Made by a program: the position numbers and the translations under genes. Of a DNA stretch of 64,000 nt, positions 1-12,049 are shown piece after piece. This DNA is from Camelus dromedarius. Its lineage: Eukaryota. Numbering within the stretch: the first letter of the stretch is position 1; the number at the start of each line of letters is the position of its first letter. The stretch covers positions 6,820,001 to 6,884,000 of the forward strand of contig NC_087437.1 in assembly GCF_036321535.1 (NCBI RefSeq), given 5' to 3'. The notes under the pieces are model-generated. The model ran no database searches, had not been told where the DNA came from, and worked only from the letters and a program-made list of their open reading frames with translations.

Positions 1-984
1 AGTGGATGTTCAGTCATTTCGCAGCACTCAGCTCAGCTCTAATAACAACTCTATTATGGCCCTGTGGCCTTTTTCACAACATTTATTTTCAGGTCTGCCA
101 TGTGTTGGGCGTCGGTAACAGCCGGGCTGACTGTCACTCTGTGAATCCAAAGGCGTCGGCAGTGAGAGTGGATCTGGACTCCTGCAAAGTGGGATGGAAT
201 TGGCTGGATTTCATGTGACAAGCTCAGATTATGGTCCTTTGTCCAGAGCAGGCTTGAGATAGAAACAGAAAGGCTTGACATAGGGCCTGCTTCCTAGGAA
301 CGCAAAGGACCACTTATGGTGATTGTTCAGATTAAAGCTCAACCCTTTTTCCATCCCAAGATCTTTCAGTCAGGACGGCAGTTTGCTTTACGGGGGATTT
401 TCTTGGGGTCTCTATTCATAAAGGAAGTTACTGCTCAAGTGAAGCTGTTTCCGGCTTACGGCTGAAAGTAACATGTAGATGGCACCTTAGCAGTACAATC
501 TCCTTTTGGATTAATTATGATCACATTCCTCTAGAATCCAGGTCCAGTATCTCTTCATGGAGATTTCAGAACCACCTGCTTACAAGTAGGTATATATGTT
601 ACCTCTATCTGTCTGTGATTTAAAAATTAATAGATATCGTCTCTTCTCTCTTGATCTAATAACTATTTGTTTAATCACTGCACTAATGAAGAGCTTTTAT
701 CATATTGAAAGGACATGTGAAAACTCTCAAAATGTTGGCCTTGGGAAAAAGTAATTACAATTATAATTTATCACTGTTTCTGAATGACTGTTTCAATATT
801 TGAATAGCCAACAAGGAGAGCAGCCATCTTGAAATATACATGCTATTAGATTGAGACTATTAGAAAAATTGCCAGACGATATACCAACTTGCTGATCACT
901 GAGAGATAACTGATGTCCAGAAAATAAAGTGAGTTGCATGCTTTAACCTGATAACAAATATTTTGAGTTGGGGAATTCTCCAGG

Positions 985-1797
985 TTAACCAGTCGCCTAT
1001 ATGCCATCTCCACTTGGACGTCTAAGATGTCTCTCATCAAACAGGTCACGTCCAAAGCAGAATTCTTGATTTCCCTAGCACTCTAATGCTCACTCAATCT
1101 CAGGCTTCCCCATCTCTTTAAGAGTACTATATTTGATAAGATGCTTAGGCTGAAAATTTGGTTATCCTCGTTCATTCTGTTTTTACCATATATCCTATCA
1201 GAGATGAAAGCATATGGTGGTATCAGCTCCGCCTTCAAAATATATCTCAAATCTGAACACTTCTCAACACCTCTGTTCCTTTCACCCTCCTCCAAGCCGC
1301 CATCACAGCTGGCCGGGAAGGTCTTCCACCTGGTCTCCCTGCTCTGCCATCGCTCACATTAGCTCTCCACACAGCAGCTGGAGTGAGAATTGTTTCATTA
1401 TGCATGTCAGGTTACATGGCTTCCCTGCTCAAAACTCTCCAGTGGTTTCTTATCACACTTCTGACCTGCAGGCTCCTACATGATTTTCTTCTACCCATTT
1501 CCCTAAACTCACTGCCTGACACTCTTCTCCCATTTACTCACCAGTCTCACTGCCTCTGACCAGTCCTTTTTCAAACATGCTGTGATTAGCCCCATGTTAG
1601 CACCATCACACTTGATGTTTAGTCAGCCTGGAAGGTCCTATCTCTGTATCTTTGCTGGCTCACTCCCTCATTTGACTCAGGTTTCTGTTGAAATGCCTTT
1701 TCCCCAGGGAGCCCTTCCTTGACACCCTCTCCCAACTGTACCCCTCTTCCCACCCACACATCTTTTTTCTTTTCACCTGCTTTATGTCCAGTGCATT
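985..1797 (+). mobile_element. LINE-2 (L2) 3' region, first part, interrupted by MLT2
   Basis: L2 motifs ccatctccacttggacgtct...tccaaagcagaattcttgat and aaatgccttttccccagggagcccttccttgacacc. Confidence 0.75.
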
Positions 1798-2801
1798 TGC
1801 ATCAGTAAGGGTTCTCCAGAAAACCAGAACTATAAGTTTGTTTACTATGTCTGCAAGTCTGCTCCTGTTTTATAGATGAGTTCATTAGTGTCTTCTTTTT
1901 TCCTTTTTTTATATTCCACATATGAGTGATATCATATGGTATTTTTCTTTCTCTTTCTGGCCTACTTCACTTAGAGTGATGATATTTAGGTCCATGTTGC
2001 TGCAAATCCATTATTTTATTCTTGTTTATGGCCAAGTAGTATTCCATTATGTAACTTCTTTATCCAGTCATCTGCCGATGGACATTTAGGTTGCTTCCAT
2101 GTATATAGTTCCATGTATATAGCAATTGTATATAGTTCTGCTATGAACGTTGGGGTGCATGTATCTCCCAATACCGTCAAGGCTTGGAGGGCTCAGATGG
2201 CTGTAAGATGGTTTATCTCACTGTTTCAACTGTAAGTTTATCCAAGCATCAGTGTAAATCTTTGTTTTAAAGAAGGTTCACCCAGGGATATAAAATAAAA
2301 AGGGATTTGAATGGAGACTTGGCATCTCAATTTGGAAACATTTTTTATCGGGTACAGATTTAGGTGGGGGAGGAAAAAACAAACACAATTTCTATGTTGT
2401 AAATGTTAATAAAAAAAAGAACAAGTAAAACAAACAAAAAAACTAAGAACCAAATATGATTCAGCTATATATAAATACATACATTTGTTTGAAGGAATTG
2501 GTTTATGCAATTGTGGGAGTTGGCAAGGTTGAAATCAGTATGGCACGTGGGCTGGCTGGAAATTCAGGCAGGATTTTGGTCACAGTCTTGAGGCAGAATT
2601 CCTTTTTCTCCAGGGTAACCTCAGTTTTTGCTTTTAAGGCCTTCAGTTGATGGAAGGAGGCCCAGCTCTAAAAGTTAATCATTTTTACTTAAAATCATCT
2701 CTGCAAAATACCTTCATATCAACTTCTAGGCTAGTGTTTGACCAAATGACTAGGCATTTATTACATAGCCAGGTTGACACATAACATTTAAAACCATCAC
2801 A
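1798..2801 (-). mobile_element. MLT2 (ERVL) solo LTR, split by an L1-mediated insertion at 1831-2450
   Basis: Termini tgcatcagtaagggttctccagaaaaccagaac and gttgacacataacatttaaaaccatcaca match the reverse complement of MLT2 ends; degenerate 5-bp TSD gcatt/gcacc. Confidence 0.85.
1831..2167 (-). mobile_element. Cetartiodactyl/camelid L1 fragment (ORF2 end plus start of 3'UTR), inverted part of a chimeric insertion
   Basis: attccacatatgagtgatatcatatggtatttttctttctctttctggc...atgaacgttggggtgcatgtatc, the same sequence as other L1 copies in this window. Confidence 0.9.
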
Positions 2802-2970
2802 GCACCCATCACTTTGTGACATTATACAGGCATTGATTTACTTGTGTATAATAAATCTTGCAAAGAGCCATGGGAGTGAGAGCGAGAACTGTCTGTTTGG
2901 GTCAACACCATATTTCAGCACCTACAATAATACCAGGAGTGTGAAGAATGCTGGGTAACAGAATACATTG
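2802..2970 (+). mobile_element. L2 3' end (continuation after MLT2)
   Basis: gcacccatcactttgtgac...cagcacctacaataataccagg resembles the L2 terminal region. Confidence 0.6.
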
Positions 2971-3859
2971 ATTTTCCTTCATGTCTTTCATGAAACCTCC
3001 TTTCACTAAAGAGTCACAGACAGCATTTTGATGCTGTATCCATTCAACAAAGAGGTACAAACTACTGAGAAATTATAGAAAATAGCCTTTCTGGTGTGCT
3101 GCTGGGTATTTGTTCAAGTTCTCAAGGTGAGCAGGAGAGCTGCTAACTGACAGGAAAAGCTGACAATTGATGAGAATGAGCTAGCCCATGTCAATCAACC
3201 AACGTGTATTTCCTACGTCAAGGATGTAATTCGAATGTGATGGTAGAAAACTCATATTGGATGTTAATTTCATGTTTTCCAAAATAGTAAACAAATCCTA
3301 TAGCAAATTATCATCTGGCATAAAAATATAGCACAGCAAGAAACCTACTCAACTGCTTAAGTTTTACCTTTATTTCGACTTTGAGTTTTGGGGGATCATA
3401 GGGCTAAGTTTATAGTTTTGATTAAACAGTTTAAGAACTTCATATCTATCTCCATGAAAGGTTTTTTTTCCTTAGTTAATTTAATAGAGTGGGAGGAGAT
3501 GGAAGTGACAAACATCAAGGGACTCAGATCAAGCACCTGGCAGAAAGTAGGGCATAGTATGCTCTGGGGATGAGTCAGGTGGTTTTGAGAAACACATTTT
3601 TCAAATTGTAATGTGGGTTTGCTAAGGCAAGATTAAGAAATTCAGGCTTCCCAGACAGAAAGACTTACACTTTTTTGATCTTGGTAGCTACTGAAATATT
3701 TTGCAAAAATGGACCCCCTAGCCCTTCCAGATGTTAGGATTTAAGGTTATGACTATTATTCTGGACTTGGGAAATCTTATAGATATCTTTAAGTTAGACA
3801 TGAGCGATTGATGGACTTCAATTTCCCACCATATTTAACTGTATAATCTTCAGTCCTAA

Positions 3860-4050
3860 AGACCCTTTTCAGGTTTATTATCCCACGTGGGCCTTATGAC
3901 AACTCCGTGAAGTAAGCGGGGTAACAGTATCATCCCTGTTTCACTGGAGTGGAAATTGAGGCTGTAAACATTTAAGTTACTGGTAGAGGTCACACAACTA
4001 GGATGTGACAGGATGAGGCTTCCAACGGGTCTTGGGAGCCTTTTAAACCC
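3860..4050 (-). mobile_element. MIR SINE
   Basis: Reverse MIR core: catccctgtttcactggagtggaaattgaggct...aggtcacacaactagg. Confidence 0.7.
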
Positions 4051-4657
4051 CACTAGTCTGTCTCTTTCTTAGTAAGGGCTGAGATTGTCAGGGTATAAAC
4101 CTTCTGCTTCTAGAATTAAATGATAGAGTAGTTGCTCATTCTACTAAGTGGGCTGCTGGTCATTTCCCCAACGATGAATCCAAGAGTTTACTTGAGACAC
4201 GAGAGTTTCTTTGTGACGGTTTAGGAAATGCTTTATTACAGCAGAATGTGTGGCTAGTCTTGCCCCCTGTATTGAAGGTTTCTACTATTGTCATATGTAA
4301 TGAGACCACCTTTCTATTTTGCACAGAATTATAAGGAAACATTTTCCCCCAAGAGTAATAATTTCTCCAGTGATCATCTCATCCTTTTCTGTTTTTTGGT
4401 TCTGTTTGGTTGTTTTTTAATTGTTGTTGTTTTGCTTTTTGTTTGGGGGTTTTTCTTTTAGTTTATTTCATCAAGATTTTTTGGTTTCGGTTTTGTTTGT
4501 CTTTGTCTCTTCTTTCTTGCAATTTCGTACAAGCTCTGGCACATTATTTTCACATCAACTATTTCAAGAAGGAAATTTTACCCCATGTCCATAACAGTTT
4601 TGCTGACTCATTGGGCTCTCTTTTCTTTTTTCCTTGGCTGTTTTCACTTGCTATAGA

Positions 4658-4659
<2 letters not shown>

Positions 4660-4711
<52 letters not shown>
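4660..4711. repeat. (TA)n microsatellite, about 25 units
   Basis: Perfect TA run seen directly. Confidence 0.99.
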
Positions 4712-4714
<3 letters not shown>

Positions 4715-4769
4715 AAATATTATAGTATAAATTTGGAAACAATATTTGCTGTAAATTTTATCTTATACA

Positions 4770-5400
4770 AATTAAAATGACTTATAATTTTGCAAAAATT
4801 GAAACAATAAGATGAAGCACCAGCAAAAGTGGAAGAAAGCAGGAAATCTGTCCTAGTGGTGGACCACGCATGAACGCAACCTTTTGGGAAACAGTTTGAT
4901 AGTAATGATATCAAGGATTGTTAACACTTGTGTGTGCTTTGATCTTCCAATTTCATACATAGGAATTTGTCCCAAATACTCAAAGATTTGTGCAAAAGCT
5001 CAGTTAGATGGCTGTTGGGTGAACATTGTTTAGAAGAAGAAAAATTTGGAAATAACCTAAATAGCCGATGTTAGGCAATTTTTGGTTAAATACATTATGG
5101 AACATCCTGACTCTAGATTTTTGTGCATCCATTTAGGAAAAAGGATGAAGAAAAAATATATGTGGCATAGAAAGATATTCAAGATATATTTTTAAGATTA
5201 AAAATCCAACTAAAACATTATTTAGAGTAAGATATCACTTTTTTAAAGCATGTATAGAAAAAGAAAGACTGGAAAATTACACACAAAAGTGTTAATAGTA
5301 GATGTCCCTCAGATATGGGCTTATGAATGATACGATTTCTTTTCCTTATCTGTAATTTCTATGCTGTTAGTATGGTTTGCATTGTTTTGCAAAGAGAAAA
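4770..5400 (+). mobile_element. Old L1 (L1ME-type) ORF2 end and 3'UTR
   Basis: ttggaaataacctaaatag...gaaagatattcaagatata...ctggaaaattacacacaaaagtgttaatagtag. Confidence 0.7.
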
Positions 5401-5899
5401 AGTAGAAGTTATAGAATACCACAAACACTTGATTTATAGGTCCTGGTTTGTTCTGAAGTGATTTATCATGCATGATTTTATGTATTTTTGAGGGTCATTT
5501 TGTCTTCTGGGACATCTCACACATCGACTTAAAGATAAAATTTTTTGAAACCACTGTATTTTTTAAATGACATGTTGTCATTTAAATGAACCACCTTCAA
5601 ACACCTCTGTTAAAATGTTCCAAACTTGCTGTTTGCAATTAGTTGGTGAAGTGATCATCCCGTAAAAATACGACAACTGGATTTTCCTTCTATTTCTATC
5701 ACAATAATAGTCTTGGGGCAGCCAACCCTACATCTAGCAAGGGAAGAAACCCTCGGAGGGACACTTGTCATTAATTCTGAACTGATTTAGCCCAAATGGG
5801 GTACAATGGCCTTGAACACATATGATCTAGTAACTCTTTTTAATCTTGTTGGCTTTGGGATGCCAAAAGATATGTTACAATGTTAGAGTTATAAAAACT

Positions 5900-6064
5900 T
5901 GAAAGTCTAACACTAGTCTAAAGTTATATCTTTTTCCCACATTTTATAAACAGAGAACATGGCCCACCAAGGCTAACTGAAAGCATTCAAGACACAGACC
6001 CAGTTAATGTCAAAACTACAACTAGATTCCTGACCCTCTCACCTTTAGCTGAATGTTTTTTCCA
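5900..6064 (-). mobile_element. MIR3/MIR fragment
   Basis: cacattttataaacagagaacatggcccacc...caagacacagacccagttaatg, a degenerate core. Confidence 0.5.
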
Positions 6065-6065
6065 G

Positions 6066-6285
6066 GGTCAGGGTTCAAGTACCAGTCCTGTGCCGTTAAT
6101 ATAACCTTGAGCAAGTAATTTAACCTTCTGGAGCCCTGATATGTTCCTCTGTAAAGAATATACGATGTCTACTTGTAGGGATGTAAAGGAAGTGAAATAA
6201 GATCATTTAAATAAACAGCCTAGGCCTGTGCCTGGAGCATGGCAGGTGAATAAATTGTAGCTATTGTTCTTACTAACATCATTCA
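6066..6285 (+). mobile_element. MIR SINE
   Basis: accttgagcaagtaatttaaccttctggagcc...ctgtaaag...tgtgcctggagcatggcaggtgaataaattgtagctatt. Confidence 0.75.
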
Positions 6286-6289
6286 TCTG

Positions 6290-7480
6290 AGATCCAGGTG
6301 AAAGCTGGGTTTATAAGGTGAATCTTGGAAAAGAGGTTAGAGCTTATCCAAGGAGTTCTCTGCATGGTGGTGGCATTTGGAACAGGAAAGGATATGAGCT
6401 CGTTGACAGAGCATAGAGAGAGAAGGGAGCAGCACTGAGGATGAACCCCGGAAAAAAACTACAGCGAAAATTTTAGACAGAAGGGAAACCAGCTTAAGAG
6501 GCAGAAGAAACACGATGGTGCAGGATTCACAGAAACCAAGGGAGCATTGGCCATAGGTAACCTTTGAGCAAATAGTTTTTGTTGGTAGAGACATAAAATC
6601 CAGAGGCAAAAAAGAAAGAAAGAGAGAGAGAGTATATATATGTTGTGTCTTCTCTTTCAATGAACTTGCTTGTTAAAGAAGTGCCAGAGGAAACTGGCAA
6701 CATAAGATGGTTATTGGGTCAAGAAACGATCATACTTTTTAAATGCAGAGAAGATCTGAGCATGTAGCGGAATTGGCAAGACAGGGTCTGACCTAATACA
6801 GGGTGAGATGGGGGATGAGATAAATAATACGTGAAGCTGTAAGGGGTAGGATCCAGTTATAGCACAAGGATGAGAGAGTCTTGGCTGAAAAGGGAAATAT
6901 ATCTTCCTCTGAAAAAAGGGCAAAGGGAAGCTGAGGGTGGGTGATTTTGAGGTGAAGAGGAGAGAAACTGAGCCTTCTTACATTGTATGCCCTCAGTCTT
7001 CTGGGCAAACCACGCAGTCAGGTTGTCTCTCTCTAAGGAAGAACCAGGGGCTGGAGCAGGAGTGTTGGAGAGAGACAGAAACTTTGGAAGAAAGTGCTGT
7101 CCGGAATTCGAGGGAGTCAACTAGAGAATGGCACAAAGGATGTTGGTATAGACTAAAGGCCACCTGGGGTCCAAAACCATGACTGTGTGGCCGACCCCCT
7201 CAGCTCAATATCAGCATCATGACCTTGTAAGATTTGACAGACCACAGGATTTCCAAGAAGAGGGTTTGGGAAATCTCAAAGGAGCTAGAAGGTCTTGGCT
7301 GGTTGAGAAAGAAATCGTCTCAGAACCATGGTCATGGAGTGGGAAGAAAAAAGGTGGCAAGAAGAAGATGTGTGCTTGGTGGGCCTCTGATGTCAGGAGC
7401 TGAGGAGAATGATAGGGAGGGAAGTGTTGACAGTGAAACAGTTGTGAGAGATGATGTCTAAAGTTTGTGTTGGAGGTGAA
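6290..7480 (-). mobile_element. L2 internal fragment
   Basis: Purine-rich reverse-L2 text, e.g. gaggatgaaccccgg, cacagaaaccaagggag, ggtaacctttgagcaaatagtttt. Confidence 0.55.
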
Positions 7481-7679
7481 GTTGTGATAGAGACGAACAA
7501 ATCTGACTCCATATTGGATCTGTTCCTTTGGCTCTATCCCTGTGCTCTGTTTCCTGGGCTGAGTCGAGCTGGTTCTGCATCTTTTGTAAAAGAATGTTGC
7601 CTGAAATATACAGATGAGCCCATTTTCAAGGCTCTGATGTATAAGAGTCACATTTCCATCCATATAGAGAGAAAAAGTT

Positions 7680-7989
7680 GCAGAACAGAGAATAACATTT
7701 GTCTGGTTAGAGGATTAGAGGACCATGTTTGGAGGTTTAGAAGTCACATCATGACCTGACTTACGTGTGGACCACTGCAAGGACAAAGGATTCTGACACC
7801 AAGAATTTTGCAACAAGCAACCACACCTTTTTAGTATAAAAAAGCCTGAATTCTAAGTCAAAGAAGATGGTTCTTTGGGACACTAGACCACCACCTGCTC
7901 TATCTGTCATTATTCCTTACCCCAACACCTCTTCTCCCAATTTATTAGCCTGTCGTTTGATGAGCAGAATGAGTCTGGACTTGGTAACA
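7680..7989 (+). mobile_element. ERV1-class LTR (MER41-like cetartiodactyl LTR), partial
   Basis: tataaaaaagcctgaattctaa...gatggttctttgggacactag...tttattagcctgtcg...ctggacttggtaaca, ending in terminal CA; the left end is uncertain. Confidence 0.6.
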
Positions 7990-9362
7990 AAGTGAGGCAG
8001 AGATGGGAGAGATGGGACTGAGGACATTAAACAACTTAAACCAGAGTTTTCATCACTGTTAACCACTGACTTCAGCTCGGAGCTGGGTGTTTCCACTCAC
8101 TCCCTTGCCCTGCGGAGACTTCTGGATGTCTCCTCCCAGAAATCTTGACAGGCTGGTATTTTGCATTCCTGTAAGCCTGTTCATCTCAGGAGACCCCGAG
8201 CTTCTGGGTCTCCCTGCAGGGAGGGGACGTGCCTACCTCCGTTTTCCCTGAAGTGCCTATGTTCCCTACCCAGATCCCCGAATTTCGTCACCTCCCCCGC
8301 CGCGCCAGCCTGCGCCTCTCATTTAGAGCTGAACGTGATGCCGCTCTCCACTTTGCAGGCTTTGTACACATCAAAACAAACAAACAGAGACCCACACACA
8401 CCCCAGCAGGCTTATTGTCAGAGAATTAGCTCCCATGCTGGCGCAGCCAGACAAATTCAGATAAGAATAGCTTAAAATGAATCCTCCCAGGCATGCTGGT
8501 CACAGTCCAGAGCTAGGGGATCGCTTCTGGCTCCAACCACATTCTGTACACATGTCCTGTTATCCTAAAAGATTTTATTTCACGTGTTTAAAAGGAGCCA
8601 GAGATAACAGGAAAGTGAATTCAGATTGCCTTCCCCCTCCCTGAAACCTGGGGTAGTGGAGGAGGTATCTGGTTGAGAAGTCAGACGGCGTGGTTGAACA
8701 TTCAAGAGCACCTGTTTGTGATTATTTTTTGCCTCCAGGTAAATAGAAATTTGATCTTCTACTGCTGGAGGCTTCTCCTTCCTACAAACATTAACCACGT
8801 GCATTGGTTGGAAGGCATTCCACTCCCAGGTCAAGCCTGTGGTTCCCTCCTCCATAACCTTGAAAGCTACCTGTGAATGCCCCCTGATAGTTGGTACCAG
8901 TTTCACATAATAAACATCTTTGGGGGCTACCTCAGTAATTAGAGAGAGAAAAATAATTTTCGTCTTGTAGGTAACTCGGGTGGATTTGAAGCTGGCGCCT
9001 AGATTATCCTTATAAACCTCTTCCTTCAGGGAAGAAGTCTGAGTCTAACATTGTGAGATTGCACGTGCCAGTTTCAAATTATTTTAACTGTTATTTCAGT
9101 AGCCCCATGTCTGGCTGTGTGTATACGCAGTGACTCAGCAAGCCAGCAAGGTGTAGGACCAGGAGGAAGATGGATGCTTTTCAGCTGCTGATGCAGAAAA
9201 TATAGGTGAGTCTAGCTCGTGGCTGTTCTGTTTTCTTTCTGAGTGAATTTTTACAAGCTGGAAGTCACTTTGATTGTCTAAAAAGAGAAGGGAGCTTTGA
9301 TCCACTTCATGGACCCTCAGTGCAACTTTTTCTAAACCTACATTCCTAAAGCAAAACTTTTG

Positions 9363-9773
9363 GGATGGACCGAGAGATTATCCTATGAAATGAACTAAGT
9401 CAGACAGAGAAAGAAAAATATTATATGATATCACTTCTATGTGGAATCTAAAAAAATGATGCAAATGAACTTATTTGCAAAACAGAAATAGGCTCCCAGA
9501 CATAGAAAACAAACATACGTTACCAAAAGGGAAAGCAGGGGAAGGGATAAACTAGGAGTTCTGGATGAACAGACACACACTACTATATATAAAATAGATA
9601 AACAACAAGGACGTCCTATATAGCACAGGAAACTATATTCAATTTCTTATAAGAACATAGAATGGAAAAGAATCTGAAAAAAATATATGTATAACTGAAT
9701 TGCTTTGCTGTACACTTGAAACTAATATTGTAAATCAACTACACTTCAATAAAAAACAAAATTAAAAAAAAAA
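9363..9773 (+). mobile_element. 5'-truncated cetartiodactyl L1 3' end with A-tail
   Basis: taagtcagacagagaaagaaaaatattatatgatatcac...tgtaaatcaactacacttcaataaaaaa; partial TSD aacttt. Confidence 0.92.
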
Positions 9774-9849
9774 ACAACTTTGCTTTCTCTTAGCACTCCC
9801 AATTCAGGAGGCCTCAGTCCATTCCACAGTGAGTTGTGAAGTTGGGCAG

Positions 9850-10060
9850 GAGTGCAGAGTAACCTAAAAGAGCAATGTCTACTGGTCAAACAGACAGGCA
9901 TTTAAATCTCCACTCAGTCACTGAGGGACCTTGAGCAGATGACTTGACCTCTAATGTTTAAGCTTTGTCATTTATAAAATTATCCTAACATTTTCTACCT
10001 CGTATGAGGATTAAATGAGATCATGTACATATGAAGCTTAAAACAATGCACATTTGATAA
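9850..10060 (+). mobile_element. MIR SINE
   Basis: gaccttgagcagatgacttgacctct...tgaggattaaatgagatcatgtac. Confidence 0.7.
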
Positions 10061-10079
10061 CATCAAGAAGAAATATAAT

Positions 10080-11210
10080 AATAACCTCTGACTCTGTACA
10101 AGGCAAGACGCTAAATTCTTTATATCGAGTAATTCACTTAACCCTTACAGCAAACCTGTGACATAGGACATATTATGAAGATCTGTTTTTCACACAGAAA
10201 CACGAAGAGCTGCTGTGAACATTGAGGTGCATGTGTCTTTTTGAATTATATTTTTCTCCAGGATATATGCCCAGGAGTGGGATTGCTGGATCATATGATA
10301 AGTCTATTTTTAGTTTTTTAAGGAATCTCCATACTGTCCTCCATAGTGGCTGCCCCAAAGTGCATTCCCCACCAACAGTGTAGGAGGGTCCCCTTTTCAC
10401 CACACCGTCTCCAGGATTTATCATTTGTAGACATTTTAATGATGGCCATTCTGACTTGTGTAAGGTAGTACCTCATTGTAGTTTTGATTTGCATTTCTTT
10501 AACAATTAGTGATGTTGAGCATCTTTTCATGTGCTTAAAAAACTAAAAATAGCCTTACCATCTGATCCAGCAATCCCACTTCTGGGCGTATACCCAGAGA
10601 AAAATATAATTTAAAACGACATATGCACCTCAGTGTTCATAGCAGCACTATTTATAGCCAAGACATGAAAACAACTTAAATGCCCATCGACAGATGACTG
10701 GATAAAGAAGATGTGGTATACTGTTACAATGGAATACTACTCAACTATAAAAAAAAAAGAATAAAATAATGCCATTTGCAGCAACATGGGTGGACCTGGA
10801 GATTGTCATTCTAAGTGAAGTAAGCCAGAAAGAGAACGAAAAATGTCATATGATATCACTCATATGTGGAATCTAAAAAATAAAATAAAAAAGGACACCA
10901 ATGAACTCTTATTACTTATAACTTAGATGACTGATTTCTTGAACATGTATAAGCACATCTGACTGTCCTTTATGATTGGTTTACTGCATTCTGTTGATTC
11001 TTATTTTGTGGTTGGCTTTATTCCCTTGATAATATGTAAGTTTAAAAAGCTGAAGCTCTAAACTATTCTTAGAAACAACGAACAGTACGTATATATAAAT
11101 TTTAGAACAGTTTTATCTCTCAATGAGTTGCTCTTCCTAGAATAAACTTTATTTACATAAAAGAAAAAGAAACACGAAGAAGGTTAGGCAGGTTAGAAGT
11201 CAGAGAAAAG
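10080..11210 (-). mobile_element. MIR SINE split by the 10209-11167 insertion
   Basis: aattcacttaacccttacagcaaacctgtgacatagg on the left; aggttaggcaggttagaagtcagag resumes on the right. Confidence 0.6.
10209..10908. mobile_element. 5'-inverted (twin-primed) L1: 10209-10536 minus, 10534-10908 plus
   Basis: ORF track 10318..10530(-) [21 protein letters not shown] and 10173..10424(-) ..[28 protein letters not shown] are L1 ORF2; 13-bp TSD agaaacacgaaga at 10196-10208 and 11168-11180. Confidence 0.93.
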
Positions 11211-11359
11211 GCGAAAGAATAAGCTTTGTGTATGAGGAACAAAAGTGTGGTGGGGGTGGTGGGGCTGCTGATGGTAGCGGCAGCTGGTATTTGTGGGAAG
11301 CTTAATAAGTACCAGGTTCTGTGCTGATTTTTAAAACACGCCTTCCCTATTTCATGCCA

Positions 11360-11525
11360 TATAGTAACTGAAGGAGACAAGGGACAATCTCTAGCCCATT
11401 TTATATGGAAGGAAACAAGAACAGAGGAGATTAAAATCCTCCCCAAGATCACACGGCCCATCAGTGATGCGCAGGGACTTGAATTTCTGTCCCTTAGACT
11501 GAGGGACTGTGTTCTTTATCACTGG
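11360..11525 (-). mobile_element. MIR3/MIR fragment
   Basis: cccattttatatggaaggaaacaagaacagagg...cccaagatcacacggc. Confidence 0.55.
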
Positions 11526-11527
11526 TC

Positions 11528-11711
11528 CAGTGATTCTCAAAGTCTGGCCCTGGAAGCAGCGTCAGCATCACCTGAGAATTTATAAGAAAGGTAAATCCTC
11601 AGGCCCTACTCAAGACCTACAGAATCTGGAACTCTGGAGGGAGAGTCCAGTGATCTCTATTTAACAAGCCCTCTGGAGGTTTCTGATGCAAGAGCGAATT
11701 GGAGGACCCCG
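11528..11711 (+). mobile_element. MER5A hAT-Charlie MITE
   Basis: cagtgattctcaaagtctggccc...cagcatcacctgagaatttataagaaag...tttaacaagccctctggaggtttctgatgca. Confidence 0.85.
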
Positions 11712-12049
11712 CACGCAACTCTGTCGCCTGCTTTTACACGGGCAGTTTTGCCTTGGTGAATGTGATCTAGAGAATGAGTCTGACATTTTCAGTTGGATTT
11801 AGCCTTTGCATCTGGCTGTCTCCAGAGCAAACTCTCATCATCCCGTTCCTTCTGCCCTCCATCCCTCTCCCCTTGCATTGCTGGGTGGTGCCAGTGACAA
11901 AAGACATTTTCGGAGCACTGTGCCTATATGTCTTGAGTCTGTGTACATAGACTATGTATCTAATCCACGTATATGTGCACACAGTCTAGGTATAGACTAT
12001 GTGTCTATGTGGCTCCCTTGTAGAACTGTTATTATCTATTTACCATTGA

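Noticed and set aside
471..486. CTCF-like motifs (also near 14000, 26810 and 44070)
   Set aside because: Each has two or more mismatches in the core; expected by chance in 64 kb.
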